The notes under the pieces were generated by a model. That model was not told where the DNA came from, searched no databases, and worked only from the letters and a program-made list of their open reading frames with translations. Position numbers and translations under genes: made by a program. A stretch of DNA of 64,000 bases from an uncultured Flavobacteriales bacterium (lineage in GTDB: Bacteria; Bacteroidota; Bacteroidia; Flavobacteriales_G; Salibacteraceae), in contig CAJQLE010000001.1 in NCBI GenBank assembly GCA_905479105.1, positions 297,628 to 361,627 on the forward strand. The letters run 5' to 3'. Below, piece after piece: positions 45,017-55,836 of this stretch (positions are counted from its first letter, which is position 1; each line of letters begins with the position of its first letter).

Positions 45017-47020
45017 ATGTCAACGTTAGATTCTAAAATACCTGAAGGTCCAATTGCAGACAAGTGGACCAATCATAAAAACCACATTGATGTGGTTAAC
45101 CCAGCTAACAAAAGATTGATCGATGTAATTGTTGTGGGATCCGGATTGGCTGGTGCTTCCGCTTCTGCTTCATTGGCTGAGATGGGTTATAATGTTAAAA
45201 CATTTTGCTTCCAGGATTCTCCGAGAAGAGCCCACTCAATTGCTGCTCAAGGAGGTATCAATGCCGCTAAAAACTATCAGAATGATGGAGATTCAACATT
45301 CCGTCTTTTTTATGATACCGTTAAAGGAGGAGATTATCGGTCACGAGAGGCAAACGTTTATCGCCTAGCCGAGGTTAGTGCTAGTATTATTGATCAATGC
45401 GTTGCTCAAGGTGTTCCTTTTGCTCGTGAATATGGTGGATTGTTAGATAATCGATCTTTTGGAGGAGTATTGGTTTCGAGAACATTCTATGCAAAAGGCC
45501 AAACTGGTCAGCAGTTACTTTTAGGGGCTTACTCGGCAATGTCTCGTCAAATCAACAAAGGAAAGGTGACGATGTATAATCGTCATGAAATGCAAGACTT
45601 AGTGCTAGTTGATGGAAAAGCACGGGGCATAATTGCTAGAAACTTAGTAACAGGAGAATTAGAGCGCCATTCAGCTCATGCCGTTGTTTTAGCAACTGGT
45701 GGATATGGAAATGTTTTCTATCTCTCTACCAACGCCATGGGTTCAAATGTAACAGCTGCTTGGCGTGCTCACAGAAGAGGCGCTTATTTCGCAAACCCTT
45801 GCTACACTCAAATTCATCCTACGTGTATTCCTCGTTCTGGTGACTACCAATCTAAACTTACGCTGATGTCAGAGTCTTTGCGTAATGATGGTAGAATTTG
45901 GGTTCCGAAGCACCATAAAGATGTTGAAGCTATTCGTTCAGGTAAATTAAAACCTACTGATTTAAAAGAAGATGATCGTGATTATTACTTAGAAAGACGT
46001 TATCCTGCTTTTGGAAATTTAGTTCCGAGAGATGTTGCCTCCAGAGCAGCAAAAGAGCGATGTGATGCCGGTTTTGGTGTGAATAAAACCGGTGAAGCTG
46101 TTTACCTTGACTTCTCTGCGGCAATTATGCGCTATGGAAGTGAAAAAGCTCACACATCTCATATTCAAAATCCTTCTAATGATCAAATCAGAGAGCTAGG
46201 TGAAAAAGTAATTGAAGGCAAGTATGGTAACCTTTTCCAGATGTATGAAAAGATCACCGATGACAACCCTTACAAAACACCAATGATGATATACCCAGCG
46301 GTTCATTACACTATGGGTGGCCTTTGGGTTGATTACAATCTCATGACAACCATTCCAGGATGCTATGCTGCGGGAGAAGCAAATTTCTCAGACCACGGAG
46401 CCAATAGGCTTGGAGCTTCAGCCCTAATGCAAGGCTTGGCAGATGGTTATTTTGTTTTACCATATACGATTGGTGACTTCCTAGCTTCTGACATTAGAAC
46501 AGGTAAAATATCGACCGATTCTAAAGAATTCGAAGAAGCTGAAAAAGATGTGAAATCACGTCTTGAATCACTAATCAATAATAAAGGTTCAAAATCTGTT
46601 GACCACTTCCACAAGCGATTAGGAAAAGTCATGTGGGACAAAGCAGGAATGGCTAGAGATACAAAAGGATTGCAAGAGGCAATGGCCGAGATCAAGGAAA
46701 TTCGGGAAGAGTTTTATAAAGATGTCTTCGTTCCCGGTTCTGTTGACGAATTCAATCCAGAATTAGAAAAAGCAACCAGAGTTGCAGATTTCTTAGAGTT
46801 GGGTGAACTTTTTGCGAAGGATGCTCTAGATCGAAATGAATCTTGTGGAGGTCATTTTAGAGAAGAATCACAAACTGAAGAAGGTGAAGCAAAACGCGAT
46901 GACGTTAATTTTGCATTTGTTTCTGCTTGGGAATGGACAGGAAACCCAAGTGAATCCGTACTTCACAAAGAAGATCTGAAATTCGAAAATATCGAATTGA
47001 AGCAAAGAAGTTATAAGTAG
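45017..47020 (+). CDS. sdhA: Succinate dehydrogenase / fumarate reductase flavoprotein subunit
   Basis: 667 aa with [11 protein letters not shown] and the [13 protein letters not shown]-attachment region. Confidence 0.95.
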   Translation: MSTLDSKIPEGPIADKWTNHKNHIDVVNPANKRLIDVIVVGSGLAGASASASLAEMGYNVKTFCFQDSPRRAHSIAAQGGINAAKNYQNDGDSTFRLFYDTVKGGDYRSREANVYRLAEVSASIIDQCVAQGVPFAREYGGLLDNRSFGGVLVSRTFYAKGQTGQQLLLGAYSAMSRQINKGKVTMYNRHEMQDLVLVDGKARGIIARNLVTGELERHSAHAVVLATGGYGNVFYLSTNAMGSNVTAAWRAHRRGAYFANPCYTQIHPTCIPRSGDYQSKLTLMSESLRNDGRIWVPKHHKDVEAIRSGKLKPTDLKEDDRDYYLERRYPAFGNLVPRDVASRAAKERCDAGFGVNKTGEAVYLDFSAAIMRYGSEKAHTSHIQNPSNDQIRELGEKVIEGKYGNLFQMYEKITDDNPYKTPMMIYPAVHYTMGGLWVDYNLMTTIPGCYAAGEANFSDHGANRLGASALMQGLADGYFVLPYTIGDFLASDIRTGKISTDSKEFEEAEKDVKSRLESLINNKGSKSVDHFHKRLGKVMWDKAGMARDTKGLQEAMAEIKEIREEFYKDVFVPGSVDEFNPELEKATRVADFLELGELFAKDALDRNESCGGHFREESQTEEGEAKRDDVNFAFVSAWEWTGNPSESVLHKEDLKFENIELKQRSYK

Positions 47021-47054
47021 AATACAACCATTGGTTAAAGAAAAAAGATAAGAT

Positions 47055-47801
47055 ATGAATCTTACATTAAAGATCTGGAGACAAAAGAACCCATCTACCA
47101 AGGGAGAAATGAAGACTTATCCGGTTTCAGATATTTCTGAAGATATGTCCTTCCTCGAAATGATGGATGTACTTAACGAAGAACTCATCACAAAAGGAGA
47201 AGAGCCAGTAGCATTTGACCACGATTGCAGAGAAGGGATTTGTGGAAGTTGTTCAATGTATATCAATGGTGAACCACATGGCCCTGATAGAGGAGTTGCT
47301 ACTTGCCAACTTCATATGCGAAAGTTCAAGGATGGAGACACGATTCATATTGAACCCTGGAGAGCAAACGCTTTTCCCGTTTTGAAGGATTTAGTTGTTG
47401 ATAGAAGTTCATTTGATAGGATTATTCAAGCTGGAGGTTACGTTTCTGTGAATACATCTGGTAATTCACAAGATGCAAATTCAATTCCTATTCCTAAGGA
47501 AAACGCTGACCTTGCATTCGATGCGGCCACTTGTATTGGTTGCGGGGCTTGTGTTGCTGCATGTAAAAACGCCTCTGCCATGCTTTTCGTTTCAGCTAAA
47601 GTTTCTCAACTTTCATTACTCCCGCAGGGACGAGTAGAAGCTAAAGACCGCGTTCTGAGCATGATCGATCAGATGGATGACGAAGGTTTTGGAAACTGCA
47701 CCAACACCGGAGCTTGCGCAATTGAATGTCCAAAAGAGATTTCTCTTGACAACATTGCTCGAATGAATAGGGAATTTTTAAGTGCCTCTATTTCAAAGTA
47801 A
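47055..47801 (+). CDS. sdhB: Succinate dehydrogenase / fumarate reductase iron-sulfur subunit
   Basis: 248 aa with [20 protein letters not shown] and [12 protein letters not shown] clusters. Confidence 0.95.
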   Translation: MNLTLKIWRQKNPSTKGEMKTYPVSDISEDMSFLEMMDVLNEELITKGEEPVAFDHDCREGICGSCSMYINGEPHGPDRGVATCQLHMRKFKDGDTIHIEPWRANAFPVLKDLVVDRSSFDRIIQAGGYVSVNTSGNSQDANSIPIPKENADLAFDAATCIGCGACVAACKNASAMLFVSAKVSQLSLLPQGRVEAKDRVLSMIDQMDDEGFGNCTNTGACAIECPKEISLDNIARMNREFLSASISK

Positions 47802-47916
47802 ATTATCTATGAACTAACTATTACTGCCGTTAAATCGTCTAGTTTTTAATACAAACGTTATCACATTACTCATTTTGTGTTATGTTTGACAGTACTAACT
47901 TTAAATTAATAATCAG

Positions 47917-49707
47917 ATGAAAAAAATTTTACTTTTAATCACAATTCTAAGCACAGCTTATTGGGCATCTGCTCAAATTATTGTGTCGGGAATTTCTCCT
48001 GCGAGTATTGAAGGAAACTACGACTTTACTTGGGCTGATCCAGGAGGAGGAGATTGGTCTTGTCCTGACTTTAACATCCCCGGGGTTTTTGTTCAAGCAG
48101 AAGTTATGCTAGTAGATGATGGTTCTACAGGAACTAATCCTCAAGGTAATCCTATTTCTGCTGAAGGTTGTTTGCCATTAATCAATAATCTTACAGGAAA
48201 AATCGCTTTGATTTACAGAAATACCTGTGAGTTTGGAGCAAAAGCTTTAAACGCTCAGAATGCTGGAGCAGTTGGAGTAATAATTATCAATCGTGATCCT
48301 GAAGTTATAGGAATGGGCGGTGGCGCTGAAGGTGTTAACGTTTCTATCCCAACTGTAATGCTTCAAATCGCTGATGGTCAGTCGCTTATTAATGAGGCAG
48401 CCAATGGCCCTACCGTTGTATTTATGGGTAATAGAGCTGGTATTTATGACAACGATTTGAATTTACGTCCATCGACTAGACTTGTTGCCAAAAGCGCTGG
48501 TATTCCCATGTTGATTGCGCAAGACGATACAGAGTTCAGCTTTGAAGTTGGCGCTAAAATCTTCAACCTTGGTCAGTCAAATGCTGATAGTGTATATCTA
48601 AGAGCTACAATTACTGATCCTTCTTCGGCTTTAGTATATGACGAATTGGCTGGTCCATTTGCGCTACTTTCTGTAACTGGCAGTGCCATTGATAGTGTTA
48701 GCGTTCATCCTGATAGTGCAAGCAGCTTTCCATTATTTTCTCAACCAAGCTATAGTGCAGGTGCCTATACTTTAACTTATGAGACGTATAATGGCTCTTT
48801 CACTGATGATTTCGCTTCTGACAATATGATCAGCTCTAATTTTGTTTTCAACGATGAAATCTTCACTTACGCTCCAGTTGATGCTGAAACTATGCCCGAA
48901 CCATCGGATTTTTATAGAGCATCAGAAACTGTAGCATTCACATCTTGTTTACATTTTCAAGATCCTAATGCAGCTAGACTTGCAGTAGAGGGTATCACTT
49001 TCGCAGCTACAAATAATACTTTTCCTTTAGTGGATGAATTAGTGGGTATTGAAGTGTATGAGTGGAATGATGAATTCGTAGACCTATCTGATCCCAATGT
49101 AACATTTGACGCTTTGAACCCAATTTTGATTTCTTCATACACTTACTCTGAAGACCTTCAAAGTGAGAATGTGTATTCTGAATTTGAAACACCAATCTTC
49201 TTAGAGAACGATGTTCGGTACTTATTCTGTACTCAAACATTCAATGAGAATATGTTCTTCGGTTTTAACACGAAACTTGAATATCTTCAAAATCAGGATC
49301 TCTATTTACAACCAATTAGTGTTATTAGTACTGATGGAACTTGGAATTCAGTAGCTTTCGGAGCGGATGTTACTACTGCAATTGCAATGAATGTAATAGA
49401 CACTGCTGAAGTAGTTATTCCTGTTGACACGACTGGAGAGCCGCAGGGAATTGGATCTACAAATAGTTTAAACACGTTTGTTTATCCTAATCCAACTCAA
49501 GACATCGTTAATATCAATGCTGACGCGAGTGGTATTGCTGATTTAACAATTTCTGATCTTACAGGTAAAACTGTTAGACAAGGACAGATCACTCTTAACA
49601 ATGGTAAGAGCACTGTAAATGTCTCAGATCTTGAAAACGGTCTTTATATTTTCAACATAAGACTTGAAAGTGGTGAAACATCTAAGTTTAATATCATTAA
49701 ACAATAG
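47917..49707 (+). CDS. Secreted PA (protease-associated) domain protein with T9SS C-terminal sorting domain
   Basis: Signal peptide ..YWASA|Q, a PA-like region (GKIALIYRNTCEFGAKALNAQNAGAVGVIIIN) and a T9SS CTD (YPNPTQDIVNI...FNIIKQ). Confidence 0.75.
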   Translation: MKKILLLITILSTAYWASAQIIVSGISPASIEGNYDFTWADPGGGDWSCPDFNIPGVFVQAEVMLVDDGSTGTNPQGNPISAEGCLPLINNLTGKIALIYRNTCEFGAKALNAQNAGAVGVIIINRDPEVIGMGGGAEGVNVSIPTVMLQIADGQSLINEAANGPTVVFMGNRAGIYDNDLNLRPSTRLVAKSAGIPMLIAQDDTEFSFEVGAKIFNLGQSNADSVYLRATITDPSSALVYDELAGPFALLSVTGSAIDSVSVHPDSASSFPLFSQPSYSAGAYTLTYETYNGSFTDDFASDNMISSNFVFNDEIFTYAPVDAETMPEPSDFYRASETVAFTSCLHFQDPNAARLAVEGITFAATNNTFPLVDELVGIEVYEWNDEFVDLSDPNVTFDALNPILISSYTYSEDLQSENVYSEFETPIFLENDVRYLFCTQTFNENMFFGFNTKLEYLQNQDLYLQPISVISTDGTWNSVAFGADVTTAIAMNVIDTAEVVIPVDTTGEPQGIGSTNSLNTFVYPNPTQDIVNINADASGIADLTISDLTGKTVRQGQITLNNGKSTVNVSDLENGLYIFNIRLESGETSKFNIIKQ

Positions 49708-49724
49708 ATTTTCTAAGACTTTAT

Positions 49725-49758
49725 AAAAAAGGCGGCTCAATAGAGCCGCCTTTTTTTT
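49725..49758 (+). terminator. Rho-independent terminator
   Basis: GGCGGCTC-AATA-GAGCCGCC followed by T8, preceded by A6. Confidence 0.85.
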
Positions 49759-49819
49759 GTCAATCTCACCATATAAACATTGTTGAAAGAAACAGATAAT
49801 TTTCAACATCAAAGGAAGA

Positions 49820-51016
49820 ATGGCAACCGTACATTTGCGAACTCTTCTAAACAAGGATATGCTCGAATACCCGAATACTATAAGTTCTAAGCTGCCCAAA
49901 GTCGGCACTACTATTTTCACTGTGATGAGCCAATTGGCGAAAGAAAATGATGCCATTAATCTTTCCCAAGGGTTTCCAGATTTCCCAGTGTCTCAATCAC
50001 TAATTGATCTAGTATACAAATACATGAACCTTGGCTTCAACCAATATCCTCCAATGGCAGGGTTGTTGAAATTGAGAGAGACTATCGCAGAAAAAATAGA
50101 ACGGCTGTACGGTTGTAGTTATAACCCCGAAGAAGAAATTACAATCACAGCTGGAGGAACTCAAGCATTATTTACGGCTATTATGGCCACTATAAATGAA
50201 GGAGATGAAGTAATCGTTTTTACTCCTGCTTATGACTGTTATGCACCAGCAATAGAGTTGGCAGGCGGAAAGCCTGTGTATGTCCAGCTAAAATCAAGCG
50301 ACTATTCGATTGATTGGAAGCAGGTGAAAAAAGTGGTGTCACGGCACACAAAGATGATCTTGATCAATTCTCCTCACAATCCAAGCGGAGCCATTTTAAA
50401 ATCATCGGATATCCAAGAACTAACTGGAATCACAAAAGACAATGACATCATCATTTTAAGCGATGAGGTATATGAGCACATTCTTTTCGATGGGGAAGAA
50501 CATCACAGTCTTTCTCGCTACCCAGAGCTAGCAAAAAGAGCAATGATTGTTTATTCCTTTGGGAAAACATTTCATGTTACCGGATGGAAAACCGGGTATA
50601 TCGTAGGCCCGAGCAATTTGATGGTTGAATTCAGAAAGGTTCATCAATTCAATGTTTTTACGGCCAATGCACCCATTCAATATGCACTAGCCGAATACAT
50701 GAGTAATCCTGAGAATTACATGCATGTAAAAGACATTTACCAAGAGAAACGCGACATCTTTTTAAGCGCTGTCAAAGCCTCAAATTTCAAATTAAAACCA
50801 ACCAAGGGTACCTATTTTCAACTCCTCGATTATTCAAAAATCAGTAATGAAGAAGATACCGAATTGGCCAAAAGACTCACTATAGAACATAAAATCGCAT
50901 CTATTCCCGTTTCAGTTTTTTACCATAATCCAATTCAGAATAATGTGCTTCGATTTTGTTTTGCTAAAGAAACCGACACATTAAAAAGGGCTGGTGATAT
51001 ACTTTGTAATATTTGA
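49820..51016 (+). CDS. Class I/II PLP aminotransferase, YbdL (methionine/glutamine transaminase)-like
   Basis: 398 aa with NLSQGFPDF, NSPHNPSG and SFGKTF (PLP Lys). An alternative start at M14 (49859) is possible. Confidence 0.85.
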   Translation: MATVHLRTLLNKDMLEYPNTISSKLPKVGTTIFTVMSQLAKENDAINLSQGFPDFPVSQSLIDLVYKYMNLGFNQYPPMAGLLKLRETIAEKIERLYGCSYNPEEEITITAGGTQALFTAIMATINEGDEVIVFTPAYDCYAPAIELAGGKPVYVQLKSSDYSIDWKQVKKVVSRHTKMILINSPHNPSGAILKSSDIQELTGITKDNDIIILSDEVYEHILFDGEEHHSLSRYPELAKRAMIVYSFGKTFHVTGWKTGYIVGPSNLMVEFRKVHQFNVFTANAPIQYALAEYMSNPENYMHVKDIYQEKRDIFLSAVKASNFKLKPTKGTYFQLLDYSKISNEEDTELAKRLTIEHKIASIPVSVFYHNPIQNNVLRFCFAKETDTLKRAGDILCNI

Positions 51017-51822
51017 GCCAAAAAGGAAACATACTATCCGTTTCCATTCTTCAGCCAAACCTAGTGTGGGAAAATCGCGATGCGAACCTAAGGAGCATCG
51101 AAGATCTTTGCTCCACCGTTTCATCAACTGACCTTATTATTCTTCCTGAGATGTTTAGCACGGGTTTCTCCATGCAACCTGAGAACGTCTTTGAAAGTAT
51201 GGATGGCCACACCGTTAAATGGATGATAGCCTTAGCCAAAAAGCATTCATCTGTTATAACTGGAAGCTTGATTATTAAGGAGGATTCCTCTTTCTATAAT
51301 CGTCTCATTTGGGCATCACCTGATGGTTCAACTCACACTTATGACAAAAGGCACCTATTTAGTTTTGCTGGTGAAAACCAGCATTACTCAAGTGGGAATT
51401 CACGCGTAATTTTTAATCTGAAAGGATGGAAAGTATGTCCTCTCATATGCTATGATCTTCGATTTCCAGTTTGGTCTCGAAATCAAAACTTAAATGGACT
51501 ATCAAGTGATTTTGAATATGATATTCTGATTTATGTCGCAAACTGGCCCGAAGCCCGAAGAAAAGCATGGAAGACTCTATTAGAGGCTCGCGCACATGAA
51601 AATCAATCATATGTAATTGGTGTAAATCGTGTTGGTAAGGATGCAAATCAAATTAACCATTCAGGAGACAGCTGCATAATTTCTCCTAAAGGAGAAACTC
51701 TTTTAGACTTCGAGTTGCTGGAGGAAGGAATCAAAACGATAGAATTGGATTTAAACGATCTGGAATCTTTCAGAAATAAATTTGGCGCTTGGCGAGACAA
51801 AGATCAGTTCAGTATCACTTAG
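51013..51822 (+). CDS. Carbon-nitrogen hydrolase, omega-amidase (YafV)-like
   Basis: 269 aa with the nitrilase-superfamily E/K/C triad context (LPEMF.., YDKRHLF, LICYDLRFP). The TTG start overlaps the aminotransferase stop (TTGA). Confidence 0.8.
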   Translation: MSQKGNILSVSILQPNLVWENRDANLRSIEDLCSTVSSTDLIILPEMFSTGFSMQPENVFESMDGHTVKWMIALAKKHSSVITGSLIIKEDSSFYNRLIWASPDGSTHTYDKRHLFSFAGENQHYSSGNSRVIFNLKGWKVCPLICYDLRFPVWSRNQNLNGLSSDFEYDILIYVANWPEARRKAWKTLLEARAHENQSYVIGVNRVGKDANQINHSGDSCIISPKGETLLDFELLEEGIKTIELDLNDLESFRNKFGAWRDKDQFSIT

Positions 51823-53479
51823 ATTCTCTTTCACTTTTTAGCTCTGGCCGGAGTATCCATTCAATTTCATTTTGCCAATTGCTCCTCACTTCAATTTCTT
51901 GATCGTAGATATAAACCTCTTCCGGTTGTTGATGCTTCAGATATATGCCAGTGTCCCATTTACCATTTAGATTATTATCTGCAATGACTCGAATTTGATA
52001 CTTACCCGTTGCTAGGAGATCATAGCCTATCTTTCCTTTAGGAGAAACAATCTCTTCAAAAACAACATGACCATCTGTTTTTAATAATTGCCAAACATAT
52101 TGAGATACTTGTCCTGGCAGGACATAATTAATAATAAGCTTTCCGAAATCTTCTTTTTTTGAAGCTATAAAACTATACTTCAACGTGTCATTAGAAAGAC
52201 CAAATTTATCATATACCACAGAATCAGGCATAAACAGCTGATACTTGGCGCCTTCCTTCCACTTGTGATTGATTTGAATCCCCATTAAATCGCCTTCCGC
52301 ATAATCTACCAAAGAACTTGTATCACCTTCCTCAATGAAAAATGAAGTGCTAAGATCAAAACTTTTCAGTGGCGTTTTTGATTTCAGCTTATAAGCACCA
52401 AAATGATTTACTCTTCCCGGGTTCTCCGCTTTTAGCGATAGACCTTGTTGTTTTGAGGATCCTTTCCTGATTTTACCCAGTCGACTGTTCGGTTTACGGA
52501 AAAAAATTGTGTCGCTAAAACCTTGGACCTGAATATTAACCTTTAAAGAATCATAATCATCTGGCGCTTGAAACCAATAGGCAACCGAATCATTTATCAA
52601 GTTCCACTCTGTTGTCCATTGAGAAATGTCTTTTCCGCTTAACTCCACTATCTTCAAAGTATCAACCGGTCGATTAAAAATGAACGTCAGACCTTTATTG
52701 CCAATTTGAGAAAACTCCTTCACAAACTGCAGGGTATCTTCCTGCTTAAACAGCCTAATGTCAGCAATCATGGAATTAATGGTGTCATCAGGATTTTTTG
52801 ACTCAATCATCTGATCAATAAAACCAATCGCCTCATCTGGTTGATCAAATAAGTAGCCATTGTTAACAGGCTCTAACGCGAATAATTTATAAGCTGCTGA
52901 CGTCAAATACCTTAGATGATAGACGCCCTGTTCATCCGTTTTTGCAAAATAACGTGGAAGAGACTTATAGGGTAACGAATCAATGTTTTCAGGATAGAGC
53001 ATTAACCAAACATCCTTTACTGGCTTTAGAGAAAAAGCATCTATCACCCTTCCTTTAAGCTCAAACGAATCGATGTAATCTCCCGTTGAAAAAACAAATA
53101 GATTGCTGTCCAGAACATTTCCTTCATTATTATCTACAATTCCCTTTCCAAATTGAAACAAATAGGTTGTGTTTTGTAAAAGCGTATCAACCCAAGAAAC
53201 AGTCACCTTCTTTCCACGCATTGTAAACTCAACAGGAGACTCAAACGGTGGCGTTACGATCAGCTCTTTAAGAGCCGAAGACACTCTTACATACTCATCA
53301 AACTCAAAATATATGCTCGAGCCATTATAATTAGTCGCTGTATTTAGAGGTGCTGACTCAAGAATTATGGGAGCCTCAGCATCTTTTGGGCCGCCCGTTG
53401 GAGCAACTTGCTGCGCACATGAAATAAGCATGAAGACGCTTAATACAACCAGAATACTTCTATTACAATATCTTTCCAC
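51815..53479 (-). CDS. Lipoprotein with Ig-like N-terminal domain (conserved Bacteroidetes hypothetical)
   Basis: Lipobox VFMLISC followed by AQQVAPTGGPKDAEAP. The track start at 53548 overlaps the upstream GAF gene by 86 nt. A GTG at 53479 gives a canonical lipoprotein signal (M-ERYCNRSILVVLSVFMLISC) and a 17-nt overlap. Confidence 0.6.
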   Translation of the reverse strand: MERYCNRSILVVLSVFMLISCAQQVAPTGGPKDAEAPIILESAPLNTATNYNGSSIYFEFDEYVRVSSALKELIVTPPFESPVEFTMRGKKVTVSWVDTLLQNTTYLFQFGKGIVDNNEGNVLDSNLFVFSTGDYIDSFELKGRVIDAFSLKPVKDVWLMLYPENIDSLPYKSLPRYFAKTDEQGVYHLRYLTSAAYKLFALEPVNNGYLFDQPDEAIGFIDQMIESKNPDDTINSMIADIRLFKQEDTLQFVKEFSQIGNKGLTFIFNRPVDTLKIVELSGKDISQWTTEWNLINDSVAYWFQAPDDYDSLKVNIQVQGFSDTIFFRKPNSRLGKIRKGSSKQQGLSLKAENPGRVNHFGAYKLKSKTPLKSFDLSTSFFIEEGDTSSLVDYAEGDLMGIQINHKWKEGAKYQLFMPDSVVYDKFGLSNDTLKYSFIASKKEDFGKLIINYVLPGQVSQYVWQLLKTDGHVVFEEIVSPKGKIGYDLLATGKYQIRVIADNNLNGKWDTGIYLKHQQPEEVYIYDQEIEVRSNWQNEIEWILRPELKSERESK

Positions 53480-53948
53480 GGTGAATGCAAAGTTTTTCGA
53501 GGTTATTACGATCAACATCATCAAACGCATCAAGTTCAGTGCTGTCAATATCTAATACCCCTAAGACCTTTCCTGAATCTGATATCAAAGGAATTACTAT
53601 TTCAGACTGACTCAAGGCGCTGCAAGCAATATGACCGGGGTATTTATACACATCTGGAACAATAATCGATTGCTCATTTTCCCACGCAGATCCGCACACA
53701 CCTTTTCCTTTTTGAATTCGAAGGCATGCCACAAGTCCTTGAAACGGCCCTACAATCAATTCACTTCCTTCGACTAAATAAAATCCGGTCCAAAAAAAGT
53801 CAAATGCCTCATGTAAGACTGCTGATACCGTTGCTAAAATCGCCACTCTATTCGACTCCCCTTTGACCAACGCCAATATCTGAGGAATTAATTGCTCATA
53901 TTTCTCGCTCTTAGAGGAGCTTCGGTCGATATTGATACTTTCTGACAA
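53463..53948 (-). CDS. GAF-domain protein, free methionine-(R)-sulfoxide reductase-like
   Basis: 161 aa with GKGVCGSAWENEQSIIVPDVYKYPGHIACS..SEIVIPL, which matches the fRMsr/YebR pattern. Confidence 0.8.
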   Translation of the reverse strand: MSESINIDRSSSKSEKYEQLIPQILALVKGESNRVAILATVSAVLHEAFDFFWTGFYLVEGSELIVGPFQGLVACLRIQKGKGVCGSAWENEQSIIVPDVYKYPGHIACSALSQSEIVIPLISDSGKVLGVLDIDSTELDAFDDVDRNNLEKLCIHRGKIL

Positions 53949-53977
53949 GTAGCAAATATAGAAAGGCTAAAGGCTCG

Positions 53978-54682
53978 TTAAACTGGATTCGGACATGCAA
54001 TTGTTGCAATAGAAACTTTGGCTCCTGGAACCAATAATATGGCGCTTGCACAAGCTTCTATAGTTGCTCCTGTGGTTACCACATCATCAACTAATAAAAT
54101 ATGTTTACCTGTTAAGAAGTCAGGCTCAGTAACAGCAAAATGCTCATTTACATTGACCCATCTTTCAAAACGCCCCTTCTTGGTTTGACTTTCATTGGAT
54201 CGGATTCTCTGAACCGCATTTAATCGAAAAGACTTTTTCATCTCTTGGGCCAAACCAACTACAATTGAGTCGCATTGATTGTATCCTCGCTTTTTAAGTT
54301 TATCCTTATGCAAAGGCACGGGAACTATGACATCAATATCGCTGTACCAAGAGTCATCTAGCTCCATTCCAAAATAACCGCCTAAAATCTGCCCGACTTC
54401 AGGTCTTGAATTGTACTTCAATTGATGCATCATTTCCTGCACAATTCCACCTTTAGTAAAGAATAAATAAGAGGTAGCTCTGACCAATTTTATGCGTCCC
54501 CAAAATAACCTTTCAACTGTGTTTTCATTTTGACGCCAATAATGCGTTCGGGGCAAATGAGCTCTGCAATCATCACATATTGGACTTTCACCTTCATCCA
54601 ATGCCGACTTGCATCCAAAGCAATTGAAGGGAAATGCCAAATGACTTAGATCTCTCAAATATTTTATTAATTCGGAGGCCAT
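53978..54682 (-). CDS. comF: ComF-family phosphoribosyltransferase-domain protein
   Basis: N-terminal Cys-rich zinc-finger-like region (CFGC..CDDC) and the PRTase motif ILLVDDVVTTGAT. Confidence 0.8.
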   Translation of the reverse strand: MASELIKYLRDLSHLAFPFNCFGCKSALDEGESPICDDCRAHLPRTHYWRQNENTVERLFWGRIKLVRATSYLFFTKGGIVQEMMHQLKYNSRPEVGQILGGYFGMELDDSWYSDIDVIVPVPLHKDKLKKRGYNQCDSIVVGLAQEMKKSFRLNAVQRIRSNESQTKKGRFERWVNVNEHFAVTEPDFLTGKHILLVDDVVTTGATIEACASAILLVPGAKVSIATIACPNPV

Positions 54683-54775
54683 TCCACACTAAAATACAAT
54701 TTTGCTTTTTTAAGCTTCTAAAATAATATTGATCAAAACCGCATTTACTTTGTTACATCAAAAAACAATAGCAAT

Positions 54776-55324
54776 ATGAAAGCACTTTTTATCTCTCTAT
54801 CCATCTTCAGTATGTTGATGTTGAGCTCGGACCAAACAATTTATCAATTCACAATGCCAGACATCAATGGTGAAGAAGTGAGTCTAAACGATTTCAATGG
54901 CAAAGTAGTTCTAGTTGTAAATGTGGCTAGCAAATGTGGTCTCACACCACAATATGAAGACCTTCAAAAACTTTATGATGAAAAGAAAGAAAAAGGTCTA
55001 GTTATTCTAGGGTTTCCAGCCAATAATTTCATGGGTCAGGAACCTGGTACTGAAGATGAGATAAAGTCTTTTTGCCAAAAAAACTACGGTGTATCCTTCC
55101 CTATGTTCTCTAAAATTTCAGTAAAAGGTGATGATATGCATCCACTCTATCAATTCCTTACCAAAAAAGAAATGAATGGTGTAATGGATTCCAATGTTAA
55201 GTGGAACTTTCAGAAATACTTAATAAACCGAAAAGGAGAACTTGTTGAAATGATTCCTCCATCAAAGTCCGTTTTAAACGATCATGTCATGACCCAAATT
55301 AATGAGCTACTCACAGAAGGTTAA
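54776..55324 (+). CDS. Glutathione peroxidase (Cys type)
   Basis: VNVASKCGLTPQY, LGFPANNF and KWNFQKYL motifs. Confidence 0.9.
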   Translation: MKALFISLSIFSMLMLSSDQTIYQFTMPDINGEEVSLNDFNGKVVLVVNVASKCGLTPQYEDLQKLYDEKKEKGLVILGFPANNFMGQEPGTEDEIKSFCQKNYGVSFPMFSKISVKGDDMHPLYQFLTKKEMNGVMDSNVKWNFQKYLINRKGELVEMIPPSKSVLNDHVMTQINELLTEG

Positions 55325-55372
55325 TATTCTAAAACTGAGTAAAGGTTAAATACTATATTTGGCCGCTACTTT

Positions 55373-55446
<74 letters not shown>

Positions 55447-55457
55447 CATTTTTAATC

Positions 55458-55488
55458 AAGCCTAAGCAATCTTGCTTAGGCTTTTTTA
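55458..55488 (+). terminator. Rho-independent terminator after the tRNA
   Basis: AAGCCTAAGCA-ATCT-TGCTTAGGCTT, an 11-bp stem running into a T-tract. Confidence 0.8.
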
Positions 55489-55578
55489 TTGAATTGAGAC
55501 TAAATCTAATAATCCATACTTGACCTTCAACTTCTTTTCACGTCCTTCATATATTGAATTCTAAGATATTTGTATACT

Positions 55579-55836
55579 ATGAGCTCTTACTTAAGATATT
55601 CATTCTTTCTTATAGTCTTTTCGTCCTTATTGATTTTAGGTTGCAAAAAAGAAGAAGAAGAGGAAGAACCGCCACCCACGGAATTTCTAACCAATGAATT
55701 CTGTGAAGATTCTTGCTATTTCAAGAATGATGGAGATTGCGATGATGGTGGACCTGGATCATCCAGTGATTATTGCAAATACGGCACTGATTGCACCGAT
55801 TGTGGCACTAGAGTCGTTTTAACCCCTAAGAGATGA
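55579..55836 (+). CDS. Small acidic 6-Cys lipoprotein, paralog 1
   Basis: Lipobox LILGC followed by KKEEEEEEPPP, then FCEDSCYFKNDGDCDDGGPGSSSDYCKYGTDCTDCGTR. The ATG at 55579 is preferred to the TTG at 55570. Confidence 0.6.
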   Translation: MSSYLRYSFFLIVFSSLLILGCKKEEEEEEPPPTEFLTNEFCEDSCYFKNDGDCDDGGPGSSSDYCKYGTDCTDCGTRVVLTPKR

